Positions 12,544 to 25,379 of a stretch of DNA of 64,000 nt are shown here, one piece after another (the stretch's first letter is position 1; each line of letters starts with the position of its first letter). Source of the DNA: Pecten maximus (taxonomy: Eukaryota). The notes under the pieces are model-generated. The model searched no databases. It was given only the letters and a program-made list of their open reading frames with translations, and was not told where the DNA came from. Where the stretch lies: positions 10,168,001-10,232,000 of the forward strand of contig NC_047020.1 of NCBI RefSeq assembly GCF_902652985.1, read 5' to 3'. The translations under genes and the position numbers were made by a program.

Positions 12544-15500
12544 ATGAGTTCAAAGTTAACAGCCAATCCTGATCTGGATGTGTTTAAGGAAGAGAGAGAA
12601 GGAAAGCTGCGGGAAGTTGGTGGCCATGCAGTATGGTCATTGTCTTCATGTAAACCAGGTAAAGAAGGATAATTAGCAATGAATTTACCAAAAAGAACAG
12701 GGAGTTATGTATATATATAGGTATGGTATTGAAATTATTTTACATCATCTGATGGTAAATATATGCTATTCAGATTGCCCTATACATCTGTGATATCCTA
12801 TGGTTTGTCAGTTAACAATCCTTGTTATTGCTACTTCTTGAGAAGTACTGGAAGAATATTTAGTATCTCAATAATATAGGTTTCCCCTTAACCCTTATAT
12901 ATATATATAGTTAGAATTGGAAAACAAAATGGCTGACAGGGCCAATGTAAAAAAGAATTATTTATCGTTTAGCCTATATAGCTACCCCATCCAATCAGCT
13001 CAGTGTAGCTAGTTTGATTGGGAAATCAAAATGGCTCTCAGATAACATGTGTAGATTCCACTTCCACTTCAAACGAGAAGAGGAAAGGAGGGAGGATGAT
13101 AAGATCAGTCGTGCCGTGCATAAATCCAATATACAGATCATTCAGTGGTGGGCACAAAGAGCAAAGATCTCTCTGGGTCCTAATCATGCAAATATATTGC
13201 TGTTATAGTAATGTAAGTCACACAAACACTTACAGGCAGCTGTACATGTACCTTTAGAGAAGATAGCCAGCAACTAATGGGAACTGGACTGTGCATGGTA
13301 TATGCCAGTGACCACTGACCAGGTAGAATGTCCATCTGGAGTTAGGACGTCCTGGGTTCGAGTCCTTATCTGGTTATTGCATTTTCCTCTCCTATATATA
13401 TGGGGAATGGCTATATAATGTTTCAAATGTTTTCAATTTGTGTTTGTTATACATATCTAGCCATGCATTGATAGAATAAACTACATAGTACTTACACCAC
13501 ATGACAGAATACTGACTTTATATTGACTATACACATGAATACTCTGAGGTGGTAGTGTCTGCTCTCATTGGTGCTATCAAATGGTGTGTGTTTGAATATA
13601 AATCTATTGTGTTGTCAATGTTACTGTTGTGCTGTACATGTATGTAGATGATGAATATGGCTGATGCTGACAGGCCCCATGTGGTGAAATATTCAGTTGA
13701 ATATTGAAAGTAGCCAACTATAATGTTAATGTGATGTACTGAAATATAATATTTAAAAGTGTAGTATAATCATGGGTCAGCAAAACCAAAACCATGTTAA
13801 CGTTCTGATGATCATAATTTTAATGATAAGATTAACATTGACTGTACAGTATAATACGTTGCTAATTATACATTGCTGTAGGTTTTGATTGGACCAGTAT
13901 AGAGATTACCCCAAAACTTTGTTGATATGGTTCAGTATTCTTGTTAGCGTGCCTCTCAAAGAGACAAGGAGCTATGTTGTTACCTTGGCATTGGGGTTGG
14001 GTTCTAAATCGGTAAACTCCTTTATAATTGTACTTGAGTTCTAATGTTTTGTTTCATGGTTTTTGTTGTTGTTGGGATTAACTATTATAATTACTTTCTT
14101 AAGTCAGAATGATTATTTTTTGGCACGAAGTCTTCTTTTTTTTTCTTTTTTTTTTTTTCATTTTAACATTTTTGACTTTTTATGGAAAATCTTTCAAATG
14201 TTAAGATTTTTGTGCAAGTGAAGAAAATGCAAAATTTAAACTCTGTCTTCTTTGAATTACTTTTAAATATTGCATTATTATTTTTTTATAAAAATATCAG
14301 TATACAAATGTACATGTATTGCAATATAGATTCCAGTTGGTGAACTTACACCCAAATTCTAATGTAAGGTATCAGGATATACAAAGTTATGCGAGCTTTG
14401 TACGGAAGGCGGTACTCCTGTTGTACATTGCTGTAGCTAGCGCTATAGGTATTTGTGTGGACCAGTCAAGAGACGATTCCTTACCACCAAGTTTTGTTGA
14501 TATGATTCAGTATTCTTGTTTTACATTGCTGTAGGTTTTGGTGTGGACCAGTCGAGAGACGATTCCTTACCACCAAGTTTTGTTGATATGATTCAGTATT
14601 CTTGTTTTACATTGCTGTAGATTTTGGTGTGGACCAGTCGAGAGACGATTCCTTATATTTTAATTATCATCAAGTTTTGTTGATATGATTCAGTATTCTT
14701 GTTTTACATTGCTGTAGGTTTTGGTGTGGACCAGTTCAGAGATGATTCCTTACCACCAAGTTTTGTTGATATGATTCAGTATTCTTGTTTTACATTGCTG
14801 TAGGTTTTGGTGTGGACCAGTGAGAGACGATTCCTTACCACCAAGTTTTGTTGATATGATTCAGTATTCTTGTTTTACATTGCTGTAGGTTTTGGTGTGG
14901 ACCAGTCGAGAGACGATTCCTTACCACCAAGTTTTGTTGATATGATTCAGTATTCTTATTTTACATTGCTGTAGGTTTTGGTGTGGACCAGTCAAGAGAC
15001 GATTCCTTACCACCAAGTTTTGTTGATATGATTCAGTATTCTTGTTTTACATTGCTGTAGGTTTTGGTGTGGACCAGTTGAGAGACGATTCCTTACCACC
15101 AAGTTTAGTTGATATGATTCTGTATTCTTGTTTTACATTGCTGTAGGTTTTGGTGTGGACCAGTTGAGAGATGATTCCTCCGATACATACTGGCAATCTG
15201 ATGGTCCCCAACCACACCTTGTCAACATTCAGTTCCGCCGCAAAACCACCATCCATGATATCTGTATCTACACCGATTATAAGGCAGACGAAAGTTACAC
15301 ACCCAACAGGTACTACTTACTAGTAATCAGGATAACCAAAAGTTTACACCAATGATGCAAAGATAAAATAATTTTAAAGTTGTTGTTATTGGTAGGTCAG
15401 AATAGAACAGAATTGATAAAAAAGATTGAAGGTCAGAATTAGGTCAGTGTGGTTACATATTTTTCTAGGTATGGATGGTTTGGTATTCCTTAACTATATG

Positions 15501-18500
15501 CATAAGCTATCTTTTGAACTATTGCACGGCTAAAATGACTATTGCACGGTCACGTGCAAACTATTGAACACCTGTGACATTTCGGAATTTAGTTCTACCC
15601 TTTCAAGCGTCCAAGTCACTCGGATGTCAACACTGCCAGACAACAGTGACGGCGACTGCTAGGCCTACAGGAAAGTCACTGCCAGACAACAGTGACGGCA
15701 ACTGCTTGCAATTGGCCTACAGGAAAGTCAAGATTTCAGTGAATCAAAGTGTGTTTTAGTGATTATAAAATAAAACATGTCTATCATCTTCGGCCTCGTG
15801 CAATAAGAACATTGGTCGATTACGTATACCAGTACCTCGTGTCAAATATTCTGGACTATTGCACAGACACCCATGATATATTTGTATATTAGTGAATATT
15901 TCTTATCATTGACCTAGAAAACTCATCCATCACACTTTGGGTGGATTTATTGATATTAACTACTTTTTATAATTGGCCATTTTCTGAAGTCCCAACATTC
16001 ATTAATCCTCATCATTAGGCCATCAGCTGACCAGACTGGTTAGGATAGCTGGTACCTATAGCCATCTTGTTTCTTCTGTCTTTGTCCACAGTGGTAAAAT
16101 TTTACTTTCAAAATCATGCAGTCATAGCGACTCCTTCTCGATGCCAAAGCTGATTTCAACTTAATTTAGTCTGAAACGGCAATCATAATTTATATAAATG
16201 AGGCTGGTTCATCAGGATCTAATGAGGAGGGGCCCGAAAAGCAGAAATTGGCTCAAAATTAACTTTAAAATGCATTTTTGAAGACGATACTGAAAAGAGG
16301 TTACGTCCAACTTCTGAACTCTGCAGTTGTCTGAATAGAAAGTTCTCGTCCTGTCTGATGTAAATCTTGGTATGTAGTTAAATGACTGTTCGGCTAGCCA
16401 ATGTTTTGGAATGAATTCTGTAACACTAGACTTTACATTAACCTGTTGTTTCTCTGATATTGCATGGCCCTCAACTTGTTAAGTGCTGCATGCTATAGCT
16501 TTATGAATTTTAGGTCATTATAAATTTCCATGAAGCAAAAACATTTTACATTAAGTAAAACTGAATGAAATGAAAAAGTAAATGCTGTATGATTGTTGGT
16601 CTTTTTCAGACTATGTATGTTTTTTGTTAGATTTATAATTTCACATTTCCCAGCTGGTGAGCCTTTACATTTAATTTTGTGCTATGGATTGCCTAGTTTT
16701 GAAATTATGTAAGATTCAATATTGTATCAAAACTTTATCACCTATAGTATATAAAAAAATAATATATTATCACGGGGTACCTTGCATGCATGTTTATATG
16801 TATAATGCCACGGTTCAAATTTCTCATCAAAGAGAAACATACCTAATGTCATTATAGTTAACATTTTTTAAAACAAGGGCCCAATGGGCCCAAATCGCTC
16901 ACCTGCAATGCAGTGATCTTTTCATATATGGATCCTGCAGTTATTTGAAAGCATGCTACAGGACCAATATAATGTCTCTCTGCACTTTGGCTTTTCACTA
17001 AAAGTCATTTAAAGATTTAAGCATACTTGATCGACGTGACCTTGAATGAAGGTCAAGGTCATTCATTTGAACAAACTTGGTAGCCCTTCACCCCAGCATG
17101 CTACAGACCCAATATCAACTCCCTGGGACTCTTGGTTATTGAGAAGAAGTTGTTTGAAGATTTTAGCCTTTTTGACCCCTGTGACCTTGAATGAAGGTCA
17201 AGGTCATTCATTTGAACAAACTTGGTAGCCCTTCACCCCAGCATGCTACAGGCCAAATATTAGGTCTCTGGGACTCTTGGTTATTGAGAAGAAGTCGTTT
17301 AAAGATTTTAGCCTTTTTGACTCCTGTGACCTTGAATGAAAGTCAAGGTCATTCATTTGAACAAACTTGGTAGCCCTTCACCCCAGCATGCTACAGACCC
17401 AATATCAACTCCCTGAGACTCTTGGTTATTGAGAAGAAGTCGTTTAAAGATTTTAGCCTTTTTGACTCCTGTGACCTTGAATGAAAGTCAAGGTCATTCA
17501 TTTGAACAAACTTGGGAGCCCTTCACCCCAGCATGCTACAGGCCAAATATTAGGCCTCTGGGACTCTTGGTTATTGAGAAGAAGTCGTTTAAAGATTTTA
17601 GCCTTTTTGACTCCTGTGACCTTGAATGACGGTCAAGGTCATTCATTTGAACAAACTTGGTAGCCCTTCACCCCAGCATGCTACAGACCCAATATCAACT
17701 CCCTGGGACTCTTGGTTATTGAGAAGAAGTCGTTTAAAGATTTTAGCCTTTTTGACCCCTGTGACCTTGAATGAAAGTCAAGGTCATTCATTTGAACAAA
17801 CTTGGTAGCCCTTCACCCGAGCATGCTACAGACCCAATATCAACTCCCTGGGACTCTTGGTTATTGAGAAGAAGTCGTTTAAAGATTTTAGCCTTTTTGA
17901 CTCCTGTGACCTTGAATGAAAGTCAAGGTCATTCATTTGAACAAACTTGGTAGCCCTTCACCCCAGCATGCTACAGACCCAATATCAAGTCCCTGGGACT
18001 CTTGGTTATTGAGAAGAAGTCGTTTAAAGATTTTAGCCTTTTTGACTCCTGTGACCTTGAATGAAGGTCAAGGTCATTCATTTGAACAAACTTGGTAGCC
18101 CTTCACCCCAGCATGCTACAGACCCAATATCAAGTCCCTGGGTCTTTTGGCTATTTAGAAGAAGTCGTCTAATTTTTTTTTAGCCTTTTTGACTCCTGTG
18201 ACCTTGAATGAAAGTCAAGGTCATTCATTTGAACAAACTTGGTAGCCCTTTACCCCAGCATGCTACAGACCCAATATCAACTCCCTGGGACTGTTGGTTG
18301 TTGAGAAGAAGTCGTTTGAAGATTTTAGCCTTTTTGACTCCTGTGACCTTGAATGAAGGTCAAGGTCATTCATTTGAACAAACTTGGTAGCCCTTCACCC
18401 CAGCATGCTACAGGCCCAATATTAGGTCTCTAGGCCTTTTGGTTATTGAGAAGAAGTTGCTTGAATGGAAAGTTGACGCCGGACGGACGGCCGGACGGAC

Positions 18501-18986
18501 GGACGACGGACGGACGACGGACGCCGCGCCACGGCATAAGCTCACTTGCCCTTCGGGCAGGTGAGCTAAAAACTTGTTAAATAAAGCAATAAAATTCAAC
18601 TTTTTACAAGCACATATTTCTTCAAATATTTCTTTTTTAATTCGATAAATGATTGTTTACTGTAACTGCTCATTAGGTAATATTCTTTAATTTGTGTCTT
18701 TTTCAGGATCTCTATACGTGCTGGAAGCCATTTTAATGATCTGTTAGAAATAGAACAGATTGAACTAAGTGAGCCCGTGGGATGGGTGTCAATCCCTATG
18801 AAACAAGTGAACAATAAACCCATAAGGACATTCATGGTTCAGATAGCTGTGTTATCCAATCACCAAAATGGCCGTGACACACATCTACGTAGGATCAAAA
18901 TACGCTCTCCTGTTCATGACTTGTCCATGGCCAAAATGCCAAAATTCACCAGTTTAGAACTGTTGCAATATGCTTGTATTAAATAG
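12544..18986 (+). CDS. ANAPC10: Anaphase-promoting complex subunit 10 (DOC domain); exons 12544-12658, 15147-15309, 18707-18986; 185 aa
   Basis: In-frame GT-AG joins totalling 558 nt; motifs VWSLSSCKPGFGVDQLRDD...YWQSDGPQPHLVNIQF...DESYTP and IAVLSNHQNGRDTHLR. Confidence 0.97.
14420..15180 (+). repeat. 86-bp tandem array of the ANAPC10 coding-exon-2 acceptor junction
   Basis: TTTTACATTGCTGTAG|GTTTTGGTGTGGACCAG repeated, AG ends at 14534, 14620, 14717, 14803, 14888, 14974, 15060, 15146 (real); degenerate copies near 14436 and 13881. Confidence 0.95.
16872..18570 (-). mobile_element. Helentron-associated non-autonomous element (HINE/DINE-like) with ~9.5 internal 145-bp tandem repeats
   Basis: subTIR GCTCACCTG/CAGGTGAGC at both ends, (GTCC)n microsatellite at 18480-18525, terminal stem-loop GGGCCCAATGGGCCC, A/T-run insertion site. 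Confidence 0.8.
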
Positions 18987-19393
18987 TTTAAAAACACTCC
19001 CTTAGGAGTTGTCAGTCTTTCATTTACTTGTATGAGTGGAGGTCAGAGAGAAAAAGAAAACCATATTATAGTACTTGCAATGCTTTCCTGTCTATAGACT
19101 TGAGTCCAAATACCAATGGCACAATTTCCAAGTGTGTGCTGTTTTCTTAAAATCTGATACTTTCTTTATGTAAATAAGGGGACCTGAAATCAGGCAAGGT
19201 ACATGTATGAGCTTAAGATTACACATGAATCTTTGCTGCACATCAAATTCTCAATTTTTACTGGCAGGTAACAATTTCCCAAAATCATGGCCATGAAATA
19301 CATTACTGTAATACTGGAATGATTATATAATGAATGTGCAATGACAGAATCAAAGGTTTCTCTTCATTCTACATGTACATGCTTAGAATTTGT

Positions 19394-19730
19394 GGACGCA
19401 TTGTGGTCTAGTGGTAGGACGCAGGGCTATGGACCGAACGGGCGCTAGTTCAAGTCCCACCATGGACACTGTGTTGTATCCTTGAACAAGATATGTTTAC
19501 TCTGTTAAGTTCCAGTTGACTCAGCTGTAAATGAGTAGGTAGTAGGGTGGTCCAGGAATGTTGTGTATCACCAAAATGACAGATCTGGCTGTAAGCTCCT
19601 TGTGGAATTGAGAAAGACATTGGCTGGTTGCTAAAGACCCATTAAGCATGGATAATATTTCATGAAGTGCTTTAAGACAGCTATGTTGCTTAGATATAGC
19701 AGTATATAAATCTACAAATTATTATTATAT
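19394..19730 (+). mobile_element. Degenerate tRNA-derived SINE downstream of the ANAPC10 stop
   Basis: A box TGGTCTAGTGG, B box GTTCAAGTCCC, then GTGTTGTATCCTTGAACAAG and an (ATT)n tail. Confidence 0.6.
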
Positions 19731-20535
19731 AATAAATATATTATAATGTGTATTTTAGCTGGACTGCCTTCCTGGGTCAAATACTGACAAATACATTAAT
19801 TAAAAATAAAATCTTTATTAAAGCTCTTTTATGCCCTCAACAAATACATGTAAATTAAAACATTGTGTTGACCATTCCATTATATTCATATATAATTATA
19901 TACAGATACTTCCCATAATATCTGATTAGTTTGTTATTATTTCTCATAAGTTAGTACATTGTATGTGCCGTTGTATATATTTCGACTATTAACTATTTAC
20001 AGGGCCCTTACAGAAATATGGCACAATAAAGATTTAATACATTTTATTAATGATAAGACAGGGATTTGTTCAACCAACAATACAATTGCCTTCACCAATA
20101 TTATACACATGATATGTAATATAAACAACGGGAAACATTGTTACATTGTAACGTGTACAATGCTGTACATAATATAGAGCCAGCTGATCAGATGTAAATT
20201 ACCAACTTCCACAGAATATCTAAATCTTCACTACAAACATATATTACTGGATACCTAAAACCTATATATAAATGTATCTGAAAAATTAGATATTGTAAAT
20301 TAATTGATGCTGACTTTACCTTAAAACTGGTTTATCAGATTTCCTATTAATGAAGAAAAAAAAGATAAAAAAACCTTTTTCCACAGCACTTTTTTGCACT
20401 TTACAAAATAATTGAAATGTTAAAAGGAACACAAAAGGTAACAATATGTTAGTATCATCTCCCTCTTCTTTCATTTTGTCTGAACATTTTTTCCTATTTG
20501 ATCTGAATATATTTTACAACAGTGTTTGGAAGTCA

Positions 20536-23500
20536 TCATTTTCCAACGAAGGGAGACAACACTGGAACTATCCCATCCTTAAAAGGAGTTCTTCTTCCAA
20601 AACCTAAACTCTCAACTCTGTTACATCCAATATGTGCATTATATGGTCTTGTTGCTCCAACTGAAGGATTTTTGTCAGCCTCAATGTGACTGGTTGAAAT
20701 CCCAAGAGCTGTTGCCATAGTAATGGCCATGTCATATTTGGTCATGTTTTCATCGCCACTCCAATGATATATCCCTCCTATACTACTGGCATCCTGACAA
20801 ATAAACAAATGATGAAGATTGTAACATTTTCCTAGCATGTACTATAAAAGAAAAATGTTCACAGCACTGAACATAGTTAATAGATAGAATTTATCACTTC
20901 AAGAAATGGTTTTGAATAACTTGTAGTGCTGTTTTGAATAGTTATAACAAGACCAGTAGAGAATATACCTGTAGTTTCTTGTCAGACAACTGTCTGATGA
21001 CAACCCCAATGTCAGCACAATGTGTAGGATATCTCCTCTCATAGTCATTCATTACACATCTATTTCCTGTGTCCTTGACCTTATCAAACAGACAAGTGAC
21101 GGCACTCTCACTGAGGTCCTGCACATCTCCATATAGAATAGGTACTCTAAGCACACTATAATCTGTGGATCAAAGATGAAAAATGGGACCATTTAAAAAT
21201 AGTCTGTGTTGCTACCCTAAACATATTTCAATATTCATGAAATGATTGCATATGCTTAGCTATATGTATGCTGTAGGCCTATGTGGTGATTGGCAGAATA
21301 TCTCCTGATCACCCCCTACTCATAACACATGGGACAATGATTTAAGCAGAAGACTTACTTGATTTAATTGTACTACTATATCTCTTCAGATAGAAATAAA
21401 CCTGAAATAACATGTATCTGCCTTATGACATTGTGTAACTGCTTTAGATAATTTACCTTTACCATTATTTACCCATTCACCATCTTGTTTATTGTTCGTG
21501 TATTTACTTTTGGAGACTTCCAGAGTGACTAGTTCACCATCCCGTTTACTGTTAGTGTATTTACCTTTGGAGACTTCCAGACTGACCAGTTCACTATCCC
21601 GTTTACTGTTCGTGTATTTACCTTTGGAGACTTCCAGAGTGACCAGTTCACCATCCCGTTTATTGTTCGTGTATTTACTTTTGGAGACTTCCAGAGTGAC
21701 CAGTTCACTATCCCGTTTACTGTTCGTGTATTTACCTTTGGAGACTTCCAGAGTGACCAGTTCACCATCCCGTTTACTGTTAGTGTATTTACCTTTGAGG
21801 ACTTCCAGACTGATCAGTTCACCATCCCGTTTACTGTTCGTGTATTTACCTTTGGAGACCTCCAGAGTGACCAGTTCACTATCCCGTTTACTGTTCGTGT
21901 ATTTACCTTTGGAGACCTCCAGAGTGACCAGTTCACTATCCCGTTTACTGTTCGTGTATTTACCTTTGGAGACTTCCAGAGTGACCAGTTCACCATCCCG
22001 TTTACTGTTAGTGTATTTACCTTTGGAGACTTCCAGAGTGACCAGTTCACCATCCCGTTTACTGTTAGTGTATTTACCTTTGGAGACCTCCAGACTGACC
22101 AGTTCACCATCCCGTTTACTGTTAGTGTATTTACCTTTGGAGACTTCCAGAGTGACCAGTTCACCATCCCGTTTACTGTTTAGTGTATTTACCTTTGGAG
22201 ACCTCCAGAGTGACCAGTTCACCATCCCGTTTACTGTTAGTGTATTTACCTTTGGAGACTTCCAGAGTGACCAGTTCACTATCCTGTTTACTGTTAGTGT
22301 ACCGTATTTGACCTAATAAGGGCGCAGGGCGCGGGTAATTGACAGTGGGGGCGCCCTTATTAAGATTAGTTATTCTGAAGTTTTATGAAACAGACTATAC
22401 TTTATAGCAGAATACCCAAGGTTGTAGAAACGGTAAAATATTCAGTCATAAAAATATTCCAGATGAAGATATCTATTCATTATCATATATTAAGCTTAAA
22501 CATCACTTGAATACTCCTGTAAACTTGTAAACCATGCCAGCTGATCTTTAGACCAGAGAATGTGTGTTCCACCATTTATGTTCAAATGGAACTCTTTTGT
22601 GTTCTATTTATAGAAACAGGTGATTTCCCAGATCATATCAGACATCGTTTTCTTTGACCTAATAATTGATTTACAATGTCTTTTACTAGCTTTCTGTTCT
22701 GAACAAAAGTTATTTATCAACAAGAATGAAGTCTTTACTTATCTTCAAATAAAGATGGTAAAAATTATTATTTGTATGTGTGTTTAGTTTTGGGTGCTCT
22801 TTGCACTGACATGTCATCTGTAGCCTGTAGGAATACACAAAATGTGGCGAAAAACATGTGTTCCAGTTACTTAATTTGCTGAAGAAAATTGAACACATAA
22901 AGTAGCAAAATATTTCACATGAATTATTACTTTTGAACACCATTTTGACACTCAGTCAAAGATTTATTGCCTTGAAAAAAGGTAGGGGTGCCCTTATTAG
23001 GTCAAATACGGTATTTACCTTTGGAGACCTCCAGACTGACCAGTTCACCACCCCGTTTACTGTTAGTGTATTTACCTTTGGAGACCTCCAGAGTGACCAG
23101 TTCACCATCCCGTTTACTGATCCCATATTTGTTGAGGGGATTGGTAGAGGCATCCTCATTGTACGGAGGATTCTTCCCATCAAACACATAGTCTGTACTT
23201 ATGTACAATACCCATGCGCCAATATTCCCTGTAAATTTAAATGTAACAATAGGTAAAAACTGAAACACTAGTACTGTAGTCCTGTCTATAGATGTCCATA
23301 GCTGTTGACAGGACATTAAACTGTACAAAACCAAACCCAAGTACCATAGTTCTGTCCATAGATGTCCATAGCTGTTGACTGGACATTAATTAACTATACA
23401 AATCCAAAAACCTTGCAATATTGCAAGACTGAAGTAAAAATTAGAATTTCTATTTCAATGCATTCAAGTTTTATTAGCCCATCATCATCAGATGGTGGGC

Positions 23501-25248
23501 TATTCAAATAGCCCTGCATCCGTGGTCCGTCCGTCCCTCCGTCCGTAAACAATTCTTGTTATCGCTATTTCTCAGAAATTACTGAAGGGATCTTTCTCAA
23601 ATTTCATATGTAGGTTCCCCTTGGTGCCGAGTTATGCATACTGCATTTTGAGTCCAATCCGAAAACAACATGGCCAACAGGCAGCCAGATTGGATTTTGA
23701 TAATTGAAGTTTGTTATCGCTATTTCTCAGAAAGTACTGAAGGAGTCTTTCTCAAATTTCATATGTAGGTTCCCCTCGGTGCCTTGTTATGCATATTGCA
23801 TTTTGAAACCAATCAGAAAACAACATGGCCAACAGACAGCCATCTTGAATTTTGACAATTGAAGTTTGTTATCGCTATTTCTCAGAAAATGATTATGTTG
23901 AAAGGATCTTTCTCAAATTACATATGTAGGTTCCCCTCGGTGCATAGTTATGCATATTGCATTTTGAGACCAATCAGAAAACAACATGGCCGACAGGCAG
24001 CCATCTTGGATTTTGACAACTGAAGTTTGTTATCACTATTTCTCAGAAATTACTGAAGGAACTTTCTCAAATTTCATATGTAGGTTCCCCTTCTTCCCTA
24101 GTTATGCATATTGCATTTTGAGACCAATCTGTAAACAACATGGCCGACAGACAGCCATTATTGCTAAATCTCAAATTTCATATATAGGTTCCCCTTGTTT
24201 GAAAAGTACTGGAGGGGTGTTTCTCAATTTACACAGATTAGTAAGAGGAAGGGAAAAATAGAGAGAAAAATAAAAAGATCAGTCTGACATGGAACCTATA
24301 AAGATCATTCAATGGTGGGCGCCAAGATCCCTCTGGGATATCTTGTTGTATTGAAGGAATGCTTTGGCTATCAATAGACAGCTCATTGACAAAGATTGTT
24401 TCAATTTTAAGATATTGAAACATTAATTTAAAAAAAAAGAATGGTTTATTGGTTGTGACTTCTCTAGGTCTTACCTGCTAACTCACAAATTCTTCTAGTT
24501 GCATCAATGTTAAGTTGCCGTGTGGCATCTGGTTGTTTTTCCACAACATCTGGTTTACGCTCGGCAGCACAGTGTATTACTATCTGTGGCTGTGGATAAT
24601 AGTTATCAGTAACACAAGTCATGTTAATACAAGCTACATTACTGTGTTATGTGCAGTAAAACATTTCTGGGCCTAAGTGATAAGTGAATTATAACTGTCA
24701 TTCTAAACTATTAACAATAGTCTGCATTGTAACTAATGAAATAATTCAAGATATGATTTCAATCAATTCAGTATTTATCTGTACTTTCTAGAATTTATTC
24801 CATAAGGAGAGTATGTTGTATACAAAACTGATACCAAATAACTCTAGCATTGAGATTTATGAAGATTTGTTATTTTTGAACAATTACATGTACATAAATC
24901 ACACGCAACAATACTATTTCATTACATCAGAAGCTATACTTATACATGCATTGATGAAGAATTAGGAAATTATGTAAAGCAATTACTTACTACTTAAACA
25001 TTTCTACAAATCAACATTTTTCTTTAAGCTGACTTGATAATTATTTTTTTCATTTGAATTATTACCTTAAAATCATCAAAGACTTTAGTTAATTCCTCAC
25101 TTGATGTTATGTCTACTTTGCGCAGATTTCCACTTGCTCTGGAGAATGCCAGCCCTAACACTTCCCATGATGCATCAGTAAGAAATTCCTTGTATACAGC
25201 CCTTCCCAAGAGACCAGATGCACCAGTTATCAAAACTTTCTTTGCCAT
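20536..25248 (-). CDS. MAT2B: Methionine adenosyltransferase 2 subunit beta; exons 25248-25066, 24589-24475, 23228-23076, 21162-20969, 20793-20536; 300 aa; probable non-coding first exon ending near 27579
   Basis: 903-nt in-frame join; VLITGASGLLGRA, HCAAERKPD, YISTDYVFDG, YGISK, LRVPILYG, RYPTH motifs of the RmlD-like MAT2B family. Confidence 0.95.
21470..23119 (-). repeat. 57-bp tandem array (~16 units) of the MAT2B coding-exon-3 donor junction, split by a MITE
   Basis: Unit CAGTAAACGGGATGGTGAACTGGTCACTCTGGAGGTCTCCAAAG|GTAAATACACTAA, encoding SKRDGELVTLEVSKGKYTN. Confidence 0.95.
22302..23011. mobile_element. Tc1/mariner(pogo)-type MITE
   Basis: TIR CCGTATTTGACCTAATAAGGGC at both ends, TA TSD (22300-22301, 23012-23013); removing it restores an intact 57-bp unit. 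Confidence 0.9.
23472..24347 (+). mobile_element. Second HINE-like element with ~4 internal ~152-bp repeats; related fragments at ~2270-2550, ~5090-5380, ~12740-13180
   Basis: 5' hairpin AGCCCATCATCATCAGATGGTGGGCT, (GTCC)n, repeated TTGTTATCGCTATTTCTCAGAAA, 3' TGGTGGGCG plus stem-loop and TTGTT. Confidence 0.75.
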
Positions 25249-25379
25249 GGGAACTTGTACTACAGAACATAAAAATAGATATATACAGTGCATCATTCTC
25301 TTTGTGTTCTACATGTATGCAGTATGATACAAAACTAGTAACAATATAACAGACTTTAGACCATTATAAACAGATACAG

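Noticed and set aside
13300-13395. tRNA gene (GGTTCGAGTCC B box); likewise 19394-19465
   Set aside because: No complete cloverleaf; these look like decayed SINE heads.
17046-18390. Series of 60-aa ORFs (MKVKVIHLNK...) as a tandem peptide gene family
   Set aside because: Each is one 145-bp satellite monomer inside a HINE.
21386-22316. 297-aa and 274-aa ORFs as independent genes
   Set aside because: Products of a stop-free 57-bp repeat inside a MAT2B intron.
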